Shown here: positions 51,835 through 64,000 of the stretch, in pieces
Layout: each line of letters starts with the position of its first letter
How positions within the stretch are numbered: position 1 is the first letter of the stretch
Assembly (NCBI GenBank): GCA_964016885.1
Contig: OZ024750.1
Location: 5,208,001-5,272,000 of the forward strand
Direction of reading: 5' to 3'
DNA length: 64,000 nt
Origin: Eledone cirrhosa
Taxonomy: Eukaryota
Translations under genes and position numbers: made by a program
The notes under the pieces: model-generated
Told to the model about the DNA's origin: nothing
The model's database searches: none
What the model saw: only the letters and a program-made list of their open reading frames with translations

Positions 51835-51941
51835 CTTCAAGATCAATATCATTCCTGAGAGCAACATCGAGAAGACTGTCTTCATCAGTGGCAGTGACAG
51901 CAATTCGGTCTCCATCTCGATCAATGAAATATATTGTAATC
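51835..51941 (-). CDS. FDX1: Ferredoxin alternative exon 2A (ITIYFIDRDGDRIAVTATDEDSLLDVALRNDIDLE-G)
   Basis: Acceptor ccattaactcttag, donor G|gtattt, 107 nt, phase 2 in and phase 1 out, no stop codons. Typical ferredoxin N-terminal beta-grasp segment. Confidence 0.85.
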
Positions 51942-51979
51942 CTAAGAGTTAATGGAATTAGCAATGAAAATAAATATTA

Positions 51980-52205
51980 AATAACAGTATATACATATAT
52001 ATATATATATATATAACAGTATATATATATATATATATAACAGTATATATATATATATATAACAGTATATACACACATATATATATATATATATATAATA
52101 ACAGTATATACACACATATATATATATATATATATAATAACAGTATATACACACACATATATATATATATATATATAACAGTATACACACATATATATAT
52201 ATATA
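51980..52205. repeat. AACAG-(TA)n compound microsatellite just upstream of ferredoxin exon 2A
   Basis: Directly visible, 7 cores. Confidence 0.9.
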
Positions 52206-52261
52206 TATTCAAATCTGTGAGTCCCAGTTCACAGATTTGAATAACAATGGTCGATCGTTAT

Positions 52262-52445
52262 AAATAATTGTTTCTACTTTTGGCACAATGCCGCCAATTA
52301 TCCCAATGCATTACTGGTACTTTATTTTAACGACCTTGTAAGGATGAAAGGCAAAGTTAACCTCGGCGGGATTTGAACTCAGACCGTAAGGGACGTAACT
52401 CTATACTGGAAAGCATGGGGCCTGACCCTCTACTGATACTGCCAA
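52262..52445 (-). mobile_element. SINE family 1 copy in ferredoxin intron 1
   Basis: Same consensus as the representative copy. Confidence 0.78.
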
Positions 52446-52824
52446 ATGCTCACAGAGCTGTTTTGTACTCTTCAAGGGTGTTTTGTTAATGTGGTTTCAT
52501 GTGGCACAGGATGTTAAGAGTTAAGCTGCTGTTTGGACCATAACAAAGGTTTTTTACATAAAATTATGAAGGAAAGTTTTTAGATAAATATAAACACTTT
52601 AAACGGTTTCATAACTAGGAGCATCAAAAGGGTTAAGAATGCTCATAATTCTTTCAGTCTTCAAGGAAATATGTATAATGACACATTTACACCATCACTT
52701 TTCATCCCCTCTCCATCCAAATCCAGATCCCTCTCACTTCTGTTCGAGGACCCCTCCCTGGTTGACCTCCACTGCTTCCTATCTCTGGTCATATCTGCGC
52801 TTTGTGGGGTGAAGCATCGGTTCA

Positions 52825-52945
52825 GATCGTCGAGCTATCTTGCTGGTCACTACAAGATCTTAGTGAGATGGATGTAAGAACTCAGAAACTGCTCAGTTTT
52901 ACTGGGAATTTCAATAACAATTGCAATATAGACAGATTACAAGAG
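52825..52945 (+). mobile_element. Non-LTR retrotransposon RT C-terminal remnant (R4/Dong-like)
   Basis: WSLQDLSEMDVRTQKLLSFTGNFNNNCNIDRL resembles the W...L..LD..TRKLL...FH..SD.DRLY motif (recalled, not searched). Confidence 0.45.
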
Positions 52946-54209
52946 ACCCAGATTGTAACACTGAAGCAAGATGTCCAACATGATAGGAGACCCAGATTGT
53001 AACACTGAAGCAAGATGTCCAACAAAGAAAAAAGCTCAGTAAATATTCACTCCAATTTACTACTAGAAAAATATAAACATTAGGAAGGGAGACAACTTAA
53101 AAGGCGACATGAAATAAAAGCTGACACAGCTATCTCTCTCTTCAAGGATTGTTCCTATTCCTATTTCATTGTACAATATCCTCATAATAGTTAATTAATT
53201 AAATGTGATGTTACTGACAGACGAGGGTGGTAATAGAACCAGTGACGAATGTTGTGGAGAGACATGGAATGAGATAGTTAGGTCATGTGTTGAGGAAAGA
53301 TGAAAGTAACTGGATGAGAGGAGTGACGGAAATGAATGTGGAACGAAGTAAAGGAAAAGGAAGACCGAGAAAGATATAGTTAAAGATGATGGAGGAAGAA
53401 ATGAAAATTGGGGGCTAATGAGAGGGGATGCAGCCGATAGAACAACAAACTGGAGAAGCTAGCTTTTGCAGAGAAAATACCATTAAAACACTTATGATGT
53501 TTCTGGTTTATTCTACTTCAACTAGAGTATATGTATTCAGATATACTAACCGAGAGATTTAACTAACAACCAACAGATAGTTTATGATTATATCACCTAT
53601 GTTATTGTTTCATGGGATATAATGGAAATTAGGAGCTTTAACCTTTTCGATAATAAACTTCCCTCTGGTTCTATAATACAAAACTGTTTATTTTGAAGTA
53701 TTTATATTTATCTGGAAAAAAAAACCCTTCCATTATGAGTTTATGTTAAAACATTTAAGTTATATTTAAAACACCACGTTAACAACGAGAAAATTATTTA
53801 TATTACTAAATCCCTAAAATTATTGATTATTTTCAAAATTATTTGAACATCATAAAATATTGTAACAAGGGTTAAACCTAAGTTTTATCTTATTTTCAAG
53901 TGTTGTTTTCAAAACTCATAATCCTCAAGCCAGTCACATACCAATAATAGATGACCATTATTAAACGATCCATGCATATATCACCATAAGATAATCACGA
54001 TTAGAAAGACCCCTCAGAGTAACAACTACCATGCAAGCATAGCAACAGCTTCCAAGAGCCTTGCTCAAGAATACAACACACCGTCCGGTCCAGAAATCGA
54101 ACATAAGACTTTATGTATGGGAGTCCGACACGCTTTCACATGTTTGTAGCTTAAAAAACTCAGTTTAAAATAAACAAATTTTATATCATAGAACCAGAAA
54201 CGACACCTA

Positions 54210-54244
<35 letters not shown>

Positions 54245-55178
54245 TAAATCGGAGCTGTAAAGCGGAACAAGTACATGACGAAACAAATAACTAATACGAG
54301 GATTTCCCGGGTATGGTATCGATAAACTGGTCGGTTAGATATACCAGGAACATTACTGAATATGATAGGAATGCGAAGGTCGAACGGTAAAACGTTGTAA
54401 CTATAACAGTTTCTAATTTAGACACAAGACCAACAAAAATATATCTAATAATGATAATAATCATATACCACTTCACTATTTTGTATTGAATACTTTTTTC
54501 TTATTGTTCATTTACAAAGAGAGAAAGAGAAGTAAAAGAAAAAGTAAGTGCTCGTTAGAGAAAGATGTAAATGATTCTGTATACAACCTGTTTAAAATAT
54601 TTTAGCAAAGTTGGAGAGCACGATTTAAAGTGGCAGTGGAAAATGTTGAAGTTGGGTATTTGAAGGGATAGGTCCACTTGTTGAGTTACGCACATGTGGA
54701 TATGACTAATTGAAATTAACAATACCGTTATTCGACTTAATGCCCCGCACTTTAACGATAGTAGAGTGTGAATATTATTATAAAATAGATATGCCCTACG
54801 GTTAAGCTTAAACAATTGATCATATCGATCTATCTATGATAATAAGGGTTTCTGATTTAGGGACAAGGCCAACAATTTTAGGGGAGAGGAACTCGATTAA
54901 ATCAACTCCAGTGCATTACTGGTACTTTATTTTATCGACCCCGTAAAGATTAAAGGCAAAGCTAACCTCGACGGGATTTGAACAACGAAATAGGTTATTT
55001 GGTAGTCCTTAAATGAAATTTAGTGTTTATATATATTTCAAGAAAAATGCATATATGTGTGTGTGTGTTGATTTTGTGGGTTTGTTCTATGTTTTTTTTA
55101 GGGCGTTTTTTTTTGTGTTTGTGTAGGGTGGGGAGGGCAACTTTGCTATATACAACCTACACAGTTGTTATTACTTAC

Positions 55179-55318
55179 TTGTCCTTGGTTTTCGATTGTG
55201 TTACAAGAAAATTCCTAACACTAGTGTAGCGTGTGTCATGTTTGCAGGTCAAGGGTCGAGAAGAAGTCAGGAGACGACGACATGCTGAACGTAAGGCCAC
55301 AGCAATAAATCTGGACAT
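55179..55318 (-). CDS. FDX1: Mitochondrial ferredoxin (adrenodoxin-like) exon 1, targeting presequence
   Basis: MSRFIAVALRSACRRLLTSSRPLTCKHDTRYTSVRNFLVTQSKTKD(K) is R/S/T/L-rich and acid-poor. Ends AA|gtaagt (phase 2), compatible with both exon 2 variants. Confidence 0.85.
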
Positions 55319-56279
55319 CAGAAGAGTTATGAGTAAATTTCGTCTGATATTATTTCGGTTCTCTGAAGTGGAACGCGGTCAGGAGTAATAAGACTACAAA
55401 TATAAGGTTTTCCAAACGATATAGAATGAACCGGTGTTTCGAGAAATATTTCCTCTGTAAAGATGTGAGGTTTATATAAGAAAGTCTTCTCGTCTACAGC
55501 TTATAGTTATCTCAAAGAAAGAGCTGATGCCGTGTGACAGATATAATCTGTGAGGCAGTGCAATTCTATATGGGAAATACTTTATATCGCCCACCAAGGT
55601 GTTTATAAATACATCCTAATCATAAGCGGAATTCCCGTAGCGTAAGAAGATTTGACAATTTAAACCAACCCAGCAGCGTAGATATTTATATTTATAATAT
55701 TCCACAATTGTAGTTATTTTCAGTTTATTTTACGTCGTGATTATGTTATTTATGAATATTGGCGAAATCCTTTGTTTTTGTAACAAGATAGCTACTAACT
55801 ATATTTATAGAGGCACGGTGTACTTTATAAAACATGGTTTATATTTTTTTTATTTGAAATATACATAAATAAAATTATAAATTGACCACAATTCTTTTAG
55901 AATGAAACTAGAAACATATTTAATAAATACAATTAACTATTGTTAGGAACCTTACAAATACAACACACGAAATACATTATCAAAGCGAGAGAAAGAAAAA
56001 AAGGGAGAAATAAAATAAAAAACGACCATCAATTCACCACCAAGTGTGACAATCGGCCACGCATCACATCACAAAGGTCAAAGGAATATTTTGAAGCAAA
56101 CCAACACGATGGCAGCATTACCACGGGTGATGGCGAGATTATGGCGCTGAAATAACCAGGCGCCCTCATGGGCATCGCCTGACACCTCAGTAAAGCGAGC
56201 CGCCAGCAATGACTAGAACTTCGCTGTCGGCGGCCCAACTCCATCAAACGTTTCGGACGTCACAGGCCGGAAATATCCT

Positions 56280-56612
56280 ATTGGTAGTATCAGTAGAGCG
56301 TCGGACAACATGCTTCGCGGCATAGAGTTACGGCCCTTTACGCTCTGAGTTCAAATCCCGTCGAGGTTAGCTTTGCCTTTCATCCTTACGGGGTTGATAA
56401 ATTAAGGTACCAGTATTGGACTGGTTCGATTTAATCGACTTTACCACCCACCCCTCAATTGCTGGCCTTGTGCCAGAGTTACCTCCCTGTATGATCTGAG
56501 TTCAAATCCCGCCGAGGTTAATTTTGCCTTTCATCCTTACGCGGTCGATAAAATAAAGTACCAGTAATGCACTGGGTAATTGCTGGCCTTGTGCTAAAAG
56601 TAGAAACAATTA
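56280..56612 (+). mobile_element. Two SINE family 1 copies
   Basis: B-box gagttcaaatcccg plus the central domain, twice. Confidence 0.78.
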
Positions 56613-57059
56613 TTAGGATTAATACAAATAAACACAAATTGTATTTTAAAAAGTGGCGGCTGGGGGGATATGAGAGAGAGAGACACACAACAATCATAGC
56701 AAGGGTCTCTGGAAATTCCATCTAATAATGTTTTAGGCAAATCAACAGTCCGTTTAATATATATTTGTTGTTGTTTTCTATATGAGGTTCAAACGTCTAT
56801 GGTTATCCATCTCTCTCTCGCCGATAAAAAAAATCATATTGGTTAGATAAGTAACTCGTTGTGTTAGCAGGTCGTACAAATACGATACGAAAACTGAAAC
56901 TAAAGAAAATCACACTAAGAGAACATTTAGAAATTTGCGGCAACAACAAATTCAAAATAATCCATTTTATGTTTAACTGTTTATGTTAACAAAGGCATAA
57001 GTTAGGTGATCACAATTGTTGAGAGTTAAGTATCATAACCACAACAATAATAGTACAAC

Positions 57060-57210
57060 GCACGCATGTGTCTGTGTGTATGTCATGACTCATACACTGT
57101 TCACTTTCCTGACATTTGTACATTATTCTATGTACTATACATGAACCTTTGATGAGTTGTAGTGCACCTGAGCACTGTACACAATCATTTTCAGCATTAT
57201 TATTATCATT

Positions 57211-57245
<35 letters not shown>
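57060..57245 (+). mobile_element. CR1-type LINE extreme 3' end
   Basis: gatgagttgtagtgcacctgagcactgtacac followed by (ATT)n, as in the other copies. Confidence 0.8.
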
Positions 57246-57828
57246 ACCACAACAACAATACTACAACATTAACAAAATCTTAAGTTAGGTGTACACAGAT
57301 GTTAAGAGGTAGGTATCATAACCACCACAGTGATAGTACAACATCTGTTTTGCCTTCTCAACTGCATTTCTCCTCCCCAACCGCCTGGCTTTCATTTTTT
57401 TTCCTCCTACATATTTAGCCATGACTTTCTGTGTTTTCTTCTTCTCTTACTTCCCTCCACATTATTTTCCATGATTCCATTCACCCACTCAATTTCATCC
57501 TTCTTCAACAACTGTAAATATCTCTGCTCAGCATGTGATAATGGTCAGTTGCATCAGTTGCAGTGCTTCCAGAAGATATGTTTCCAGAAGATATGCAAAA
57601 GAAAAAGCAGAAAAGCTCTTTACAGAGAAAGGCTTACAGATTAAGTATTTACAAAGAAAGGTTTACTGATCAATAAAATCATTTAGAATTTAATTCTGAG
57701 ATGTTGTTTGCATGATTCACATTTAACCCTTTTGTGACCATATTTATAATGAAATATACTCTCTTTCAATTAATTAATGCAGAATTTTGAAGGATCTACT
57801 CAAATGATTAATTATTTCAATCCTAATT

Positions 57829-58000
57829 TAATTGTTTCTACTATTGGCACAAGGCTAGCAATTATCCCAGTGCATTACTGGTACTTTATTTTATCGACCC
57901 CGTAAGGATGAAAGGCAAAGTTAACCTTGACGAGATTTGAACTCAGACCGTAAAGGCACGTAACTGTGCTGCAAAGCATGGCGTCCGACCCTCTACCGAT
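57829..58000 (-). mobile_element. SINE family 1 copy
   Basis: Same consensus as the representative copy. Confidence 0.78.
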
Positions 58001-58124
58001 AATTTAATAACTTAAAATATGATTCTTGTATAATATCATGTTGGAAAATATAAATTTATATAGAAATCATTTGAAATGGGTGCTTTTCTTTCATAGAATC
58101 AGGGATAGCTTTTGCTGTTTTTTT

Positions 58125-58460
58125 ACCGGGTGTGAATATTTGGTCGACTGTGCTGCGTTCAGGGCGAAAACCGCTCTGTTCATCAGCTAGTTTATACTCG
58201 ACAATCTCCCTACATCTCTTTGCCAGACACTTAGCATAGACTACGGGGGGGGGGGGCTTAACAAGGAGATCCCTCTGTAATTGGAAGAATCTTTCTTGTC
58301 TTCCTCTTTAAAAATTGGGATTATCACCCCCGATTGCCATTGCTTGTGTGCCTTTCCTAAGATCCTGGCAACCCAGCCCACACAAGTCAGTCAGAGAATA
58401 CCTTCTCTAATTTAAGGCTTTTAACATCTCGGGTCGAATTTCATCCTCCAGAGCAGGGAT
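58125..58460 (-). mobile_element. Decayed RTE-clade LINE reverse transcriptase fragment
   Basis: Minus strand reads EDEIRPEMLKAL...WQSGVIIPIFK...SNYRGISLLS...VYAKCL...LADEQSGFRPERSTVDQIFT, with stops and frameshifts. Confidence 0.85.
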
Positions 58461-58660
58461 TATTAAAATAGAATTACTAGAATAACTGTTTGTTTATAAA
58501 GTTTCTTTAAAAAACACACATTGATATTGATTAAATTTCAAATTAAGATATAAAATAAAAAATAAATAAAATAAATTCACAATTAAAACAACTAAAGCAA
58601 AAGAAAATTGAAACTATTTGCTCAAGGGAGGTTACTCCGAATTGTTGATCTTATGACTTA

Positions 58661-59025
58661 ATGGTGTCTGCAACGATGGTGTCTTTGTTTGGCCTTTATT
58701 TGTTGTGTCTTTTATCTCCTCTCTTACTCGGAACTGATGCCAAATATCAACCGAACTGGGAATCTTTAGACAAAAGAATTCTGCCTTCATGGTACGATGA
58801 GGCGAAATTCGGTATATTCCTTCATTGGGGCGTTTTCTCTGTACCTAGTTACGGCTCAGAGTGGTTCTGGTACTATTGGAAAGGTAGTAAAAATCCTTAC
58901 TATGTAGATTTTATGAAGAAGAATTATCCGCCAGATTTTACTTATCCAGATTTTGCGTCGCAATTTACCACGGAATTTTTCAATGCAAAGGAATGGGCCA
59001 ACATATTTGAAGCTGCTGGAGCCAA
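58661..59025 (+). CDS. FUCA1: Alpha-L-fucosidase (GH29) exon 1 with signal peptide
   Basis: Hydrophobic leader, then [39 protein letters not shown]...[12 protein letters not shown]. Donor AA|gtaatt (phase 2). FUCA1 versus FUCA2 orthology cannot be resolved by eye. Confidence 0.95.
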
Positions 59026-59061
59026 GTAATTTCTTTATTTTCTCCGCAATTTTTTTTAAAA

Positions 59062-59198
59062 CAGTGTTTCTTGAGATGGGGTGTGGGACTTCAGAATGGG
59101 GCGTATGGTATATCCTAACTTTGTCCGATCATGGTAAAGCGCACAGGTTTTCTGAAAATCGAAGTAGGATGTGCGGCAAAAAAAGTTGAGAAACACTG
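59062..59198. mobile_element. Short hAT-type MITE in fucosidase intron 1
   Basis: TIRs CAGTGTTTCT / AGAAACACTG; TSD TTTTAAAA vs ATTTAAAA (7/8). Confidence 0.72.
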
Positions 59199-61262
59199 AT
59201 TTAAAAGAACTCCATTATTTTTTTTTTTATTCACCTCCCGCAATCACACACTACAACATATGCTGGTGTTTCCCTCTAAATGTCAACTCTTTGAGGAGAG
59301 CCCAGACACTCTCGACATTGCCACAGAGGATATTAGGCCCCTCGGTTAAACACTACAACAGAGAATGTTTGTGTTTCACCCTAAAAAGTTTTTCGGTGGG
59401 TGGGAAAGTCCAGTCACTCACAGCATTGCTGTGGATATTAGCCAAGCACCCTCACCAGTATCACCTGTTGTGTATAATTGTGGGGACAGTTCTTCTCCCG
59501 TTTTCCCCCTTTTCTCTGATTAATTATAGATTATTATATAGATTTGTCTATTCTGTACATAATATTATATAGTATTACACAAAAGAATAATTTTATTTAC
59601 ATAAATTATCAAACTATTAACCAGAGAAAAATACTTTTGTTTTCTTTCTTAAATTTTCTTCTGCAAAATGTTAATATTTTAACAATCTATATAATCTAAC
59701 TCTTTTGTGTAATGTATAAATTGTGTTTATATGAGAATTTAAAACCTCTCTAATGTATTCGTTCATTATAATTTCAACTCCTTTGTTTACATCTTTTTAT
59801 CGTCGTAAAATAACTGAATAAAAATCGATGTCATTTGACTTCGATCTTCGCTACACACAGTCACGCGAAGACACAAGTTTTATAAAGTTTAAACAAGTTG
59901 GATAATAAAAGTCATTCTAATTGTATCTGTCGATAATCAGCTTTGGCACCAAACCTCCAGGGATCCAGACAACCCCCTCAGACAAAATCCTCACACCTAC
60001 AGATCAACAATTTCACACAGTAAAATATAATCAAAATCTATTTATTGTTTTTAATAGTTAACATTATGGAACAGAATTTACCTGATAAATAATAAAGAAG
60101 ATAATTATATATTCAAATTTTGTGTTATCTTTATTAAGTGGGTTTTCGTTTGGTAGGGTGGAGATTTTGTCCCGTGAGAGTTTTTGTCATGGATCTAGAT
60201 CGCCCTTGGTTCTACGATACAAAACTTTGTTTTTAAGTGTTTGTATTCATCCAAAAACCTTCCATCATAATCTTACGTAAGGACGTTTGTTATGTTATAC
60301 ACCAAATACCAGTTTAATAATAAGAAAGTTAGTTATCCCCTCTAAATTCTTGATTATGTTCAAAATTATTTGAAAATCATAGTCAGTATTTAGAAACAAT
60401 ATAACAGATGGTTTAATTCACACATTACTAATTCATTAATTATTGTTATTGTTTAACCCGGCGCTGGTTCTAATTGAACATGTTTATAATGAAAGTCGTT
60501 CCATCTATGATCATCCCGTTTTTTTAGGAATATCTAGGACTGGTGATTGGGTAATTTGGCTGCTATTTCTAGTAAATCAAGTGATGGTGTAATATTTCTG
60601 GTGGGCAGCACCTTACTCTCGCCATCATCTGCAGTAATGCTATACGAGCGTGACGGATTACCTCAACAATCTCCAATGACCCTTGTGCTGTGTGACTGAC
60701 TGACTTAGTGTTGAATTGATGGGCTTTTTATTTTTCTCGTTTTGATTGTATATTTTTGTGTATTACATTTATAAGGTCCCTAGCAATAATTAATTGATTA
60801 TGTACATGTACTTCTATTTAATCTTATATATTTGTTATATTATAGTAATTATAATTTTCTAATCTAAACACGCCTTGACTATTTATGGTGTCACTGTAAA
60901 AAAGAAATTATATTTCACTTTAAAAGTTGAAACTAATTTCAAATAACTAACAAAGTTTGAAACTTTATACTAGAAATTTTATCAATTTTAGGTGTTTATC
61001 GTTTGTTGATTACCAAAGTCTATATTATTGTCTCATATTACAGTTGACATAGTTGTTAGTCTATTTGTTTGTTTTATGGTGTTTTTCAGGTCGACAAAGC
61101 CATTTTTAATCACATCCGTGTTAGGTCTTTTGTTTTTACCCATTCTATTTATATATCTACGGTTTAAATACGCAGAAAGTTTCCAATTTCCGAATGGAAA
61201 TTTCAGCAGAAGGGCTCTCAGTAGTCATGACCTGGATGTGACCAAGTGTGTGACCAATATTA

Positions 61263-61450
61263 AGCGGTGGATTGGCAGTATCGGTAGAGGGTCGGACGCC
61301 ATGCTTTCCAGCATACTTACATCCCTTTACGATCTGAGTTCAAATCCCGCCGAGATTCACTTTACCTTTCATCCTTACGGAGTCAATAAAATAAAGTACC
61401 AGTAATGAACTGGGTTATTGCTGGCCTTGTGCCTAAAGTAGAAACAAATA
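61263..61450 (+). mobile_element. SINE family 1 copy in fucosidase intron 1
   Basis: Same consensus as the representative copy. Confidence 0.78.
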
Positions 61451-61597
61451 TTAAGCTGTTAATGAAGCTTCTAACATAAAATTATGATGGAAGTTTTTTA
61501 AATAAATGTGAATATCTTAAAACAAACAGTTTTGTACCGAAGAACCAAGGGCGTTTTCTGTTGGTTTTGTGTCAAAAGGGTTAATATTATTTTACAG

Positions 61598-61704
61598 ATA
61601 TGTAGTATTAACAAGCAAACATCATGAAGGTTACACAAATTGGCCATCAAAGGTATCCTGGAACTGGAATTCAATGGATGTTGGACCTCACAGAGATCTT
61701 GTAG
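61598..61704 (+). CDS. FUCA1: Alpha-L-fucosidase exon 2 ([36 protein letters not shown])
   Basis: GH29 KHHEG motif. Acceptor ttttacag, donor gtatgt, 107 nt, phase 2/1. Confidence 0.95.
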
Positions 61705-62169
61705 GTATGTAATATAGGTTTAATATTGTATATGTAACATGTTTGTTGTGTTTTTGTAGGTATGCCTTTCATTCTTCACTTCATCCTATGTTTCCCTGGG
61801 TCTGACTTATCCATGAGTCCCATCCTCTGAGATTTCTCTGCACCGCATTATACAGCTGTCATCTTCCATACACATCACAGGCTCATACCAATGCAGTCTT
61901 CTCTCTTGCACACTGCATTCACTGCCCATGTCTCATTACCATGCAGCATGGTACTTTGCATACAGGCATCAAACAGCTAACCTTTCGTTCATAGAGAGAA
62001 ACCTTTTGTTGTTAACAGGGGTAACAGAATCCATATGCAATATGCAGATCAGATAGGTTTCCAAAGTTTCCACCTTCCCAGTTTTACTCACATAGGATGG
62101 GTTGACCCAAGTTTAAGGTAAATGGCAGTCACACAATAGGATTGAACATGTTACATCCACAACCAACCA

Positions 62170-63456
62170 CATTACACAGTGGTGTATACATATATTACAC
62201 AGTGATATATACTTACATTTCACAGTGGTATATACATATATTTCACAGTGATATATACATATATTTCACAGTGGTATATACTTATATTTCACAGTGATAT
62301 ATACATATATTTCACAGTGATATATACTTATATTTCACAGTGGTATATACTTATATTTCACAGTGATATATACTTACATTTCACAGTGATATATACTTAT
62401 ATTTCACAGTGATATATACTTATATTTCACAGTGGTATATACATATATTTCACAGTGATATATACTTATATTTCACAGTGGTATATACATATATTTCACA
62501 GTGATATATACTTACATTTCACAGTGGTATATACATATATTTCACAGTGATATATACATATATTTCACAGTGGTATATACTTATATTTCACAGTGATATA
62601 TACATATATTTCACAGTGATATATACTTATATTTCACAGTGGTATATACTTATATTTCACAGTGATATATACTTACATTTCACAGTGATATATACTTATA
62701 TTTCACAGTGATATATACTTATATTTCACAGTGGTATATACATATATTTCACAGTGATATATACTTATATTTCACAGTGGTATATACATATATTTCACAG
62801 TGATATATACTTATATTTCACAGTGGTATATACATATATTTCACAGTGATATATACTTATATTTCACAGTGATATATACATATATTTCACAGTGGTATAT
62901 ACATATAGTTCACAGTGATATATACTTATATTTCACAGTGATATATACTTATATTTCACAGTGATATATATATACTTATATTTCACAGTGGTATATACAT
63001 ATATTTCACAGTGATATATACATATATTTCACAGTGATATATATATACTTATATTTCACAGTGGTATATACATATATTTCACAGTGATATATACATATAT
63101 TTCACAGTGATATATACTTATATTTCACAGTGATATATACTTACATTTCACAGTGATATATACTTATATTTCACAGTGGTATATACATATATTTCACAGT
63201 GATATATACTTATATTTCACAGTGATATATACATATATTTCACAGTGATATATATATACTTATATTTCACAGTGGTATATACATATATTTCACAGTGGTA
63301 TATACATATATTTCACAGTGATATATACTTATATTTCACAGTGATATATACATATATTTCACAGTGATATATACATATATTACACAGTAATATATACATA
63401 TATTTCACAGTGATATATACATATATTTCACAGTGATATATACATATATTTCACAG
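62170..63456. repeat. 23-bp minisatellite (about 55 copies) in fucosidase intron 2
   Basis: Unit tttcacagtg(a/g)tatatac(t/a)tata. Confidence 0.95.
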
Positions 63457-63547
63457 TTGTTACTGTCAAAAACCTTTGTGCAAATAACAGTATTTTTTTT
63501 TTTTTTTCATATAATAGAATGTCTTATAACTTGATTTTGAATTTTAG

Positions 63548-63675
63548 GTGAATTTGCAGCAGCTATCAAAGAAACTTCCATTCATTTTGGATTATACCAT
63601 TCCTTATTAGAATGGTTTCACCCACTCTACCTGCAGGATAAAGCTGCCAACTTTACAACACATAAATTTGCCCAG
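63548..63675 (+). CDS. FUCA1: Alpha-L-fucosidase exon 3 ([42 protein letters not shown]); gene continues past the window
   Basis: [15 protein letters not shown] motif. Acceptor attttag, donor CAG|gtactt, 128 nt, phase 1/0. Confidence 0.93.
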
Positions 63676-64000
63676 GTACTTAAGGATAGATACTTTATTA
63701 ACTCCTTTATTTAACTCTTAACATCTTATAACAATTTAGCAGTCATGTTTGTTAAGTCAAATATTTATAGCATCTTTACAACTGGACAGATTGTTGTGAC
63801 AATTTGCAGTATTATAGTAAACTTTTTAATATTTAACCCTTTAATGACTGCATTTCTAATAAAATACACTCTATTTTAATTAATTAATGAAGAATTTCAA
63901 GGTATTTACTTAGATTATTAATTATTTCTCTCTCTCTCACTAAAGGTACAATTCAACTATTGACTCAACAAAGCTATACTACACTACAGAGCATATCATC

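Noticed and set aside
51835-51941. Exon 2A as a dead duplicate or part of a separate FDX2 gene
   Set aside because: It keeps its frame, phase and both splice sites despite 57% amino-acid divergence, and no second set of Cys-ligand exons exists in the window. Pseudo-exon status is not formally excluded without RNA data.
62170-63456. Regular repeat arrays as CRISPR (also 46570-47225 and 41440-41690)
   Set aside because: No unique spacers, no cas genes, and a eukaryotic intronic or intergenic context.

Overview
AT-rich, repeat-dense eukaryotic genomic DNA. The SINE, RTE, CR1 and Penelope-like repeat landscape and the long (TA)n tracts suggest an octopod cephalopod (inference). Three spliced genes can be reconstructed by hand: a ceramide phosphoethanolamine synthase (CPES)-like gene (- strand, 4 coding exons, 14180-18274, about 331 aa), a mitochondrial adrenodoxin-type [2Fe-2S] ferredoxin (- strand, 48483-55318), and the first three exons of a GH29 alpha-L-fucosidase (+ strand, from 58661, divergent from the ferredoxin). 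The most notable feature is in the ferredoxin gene. It carries two tandem, homologous, phase-matched versions of exon 2 separated by only 59 nt, which must be mutually exclusive to keep the frame. One encodes the FDX1-type loop (DFDGFG-ACEG), the other the FDX2/Yah1/plant-type loop (DIDLEG-ACEG). Two Penelope-type minimal hammerhead ribozyme motifs (41012-41052 +, 42283-42337 -) and several hammerhead fragments are also visible. The rest is tRNA-derived SINEs, TTAA-flanked and hAT-type MITEs, decayed LINEs, and mini/microsatellites. Most ORFs in the supplied track are spurious. Exon coordinates were counted by hand; repeat boundaries are approximate.
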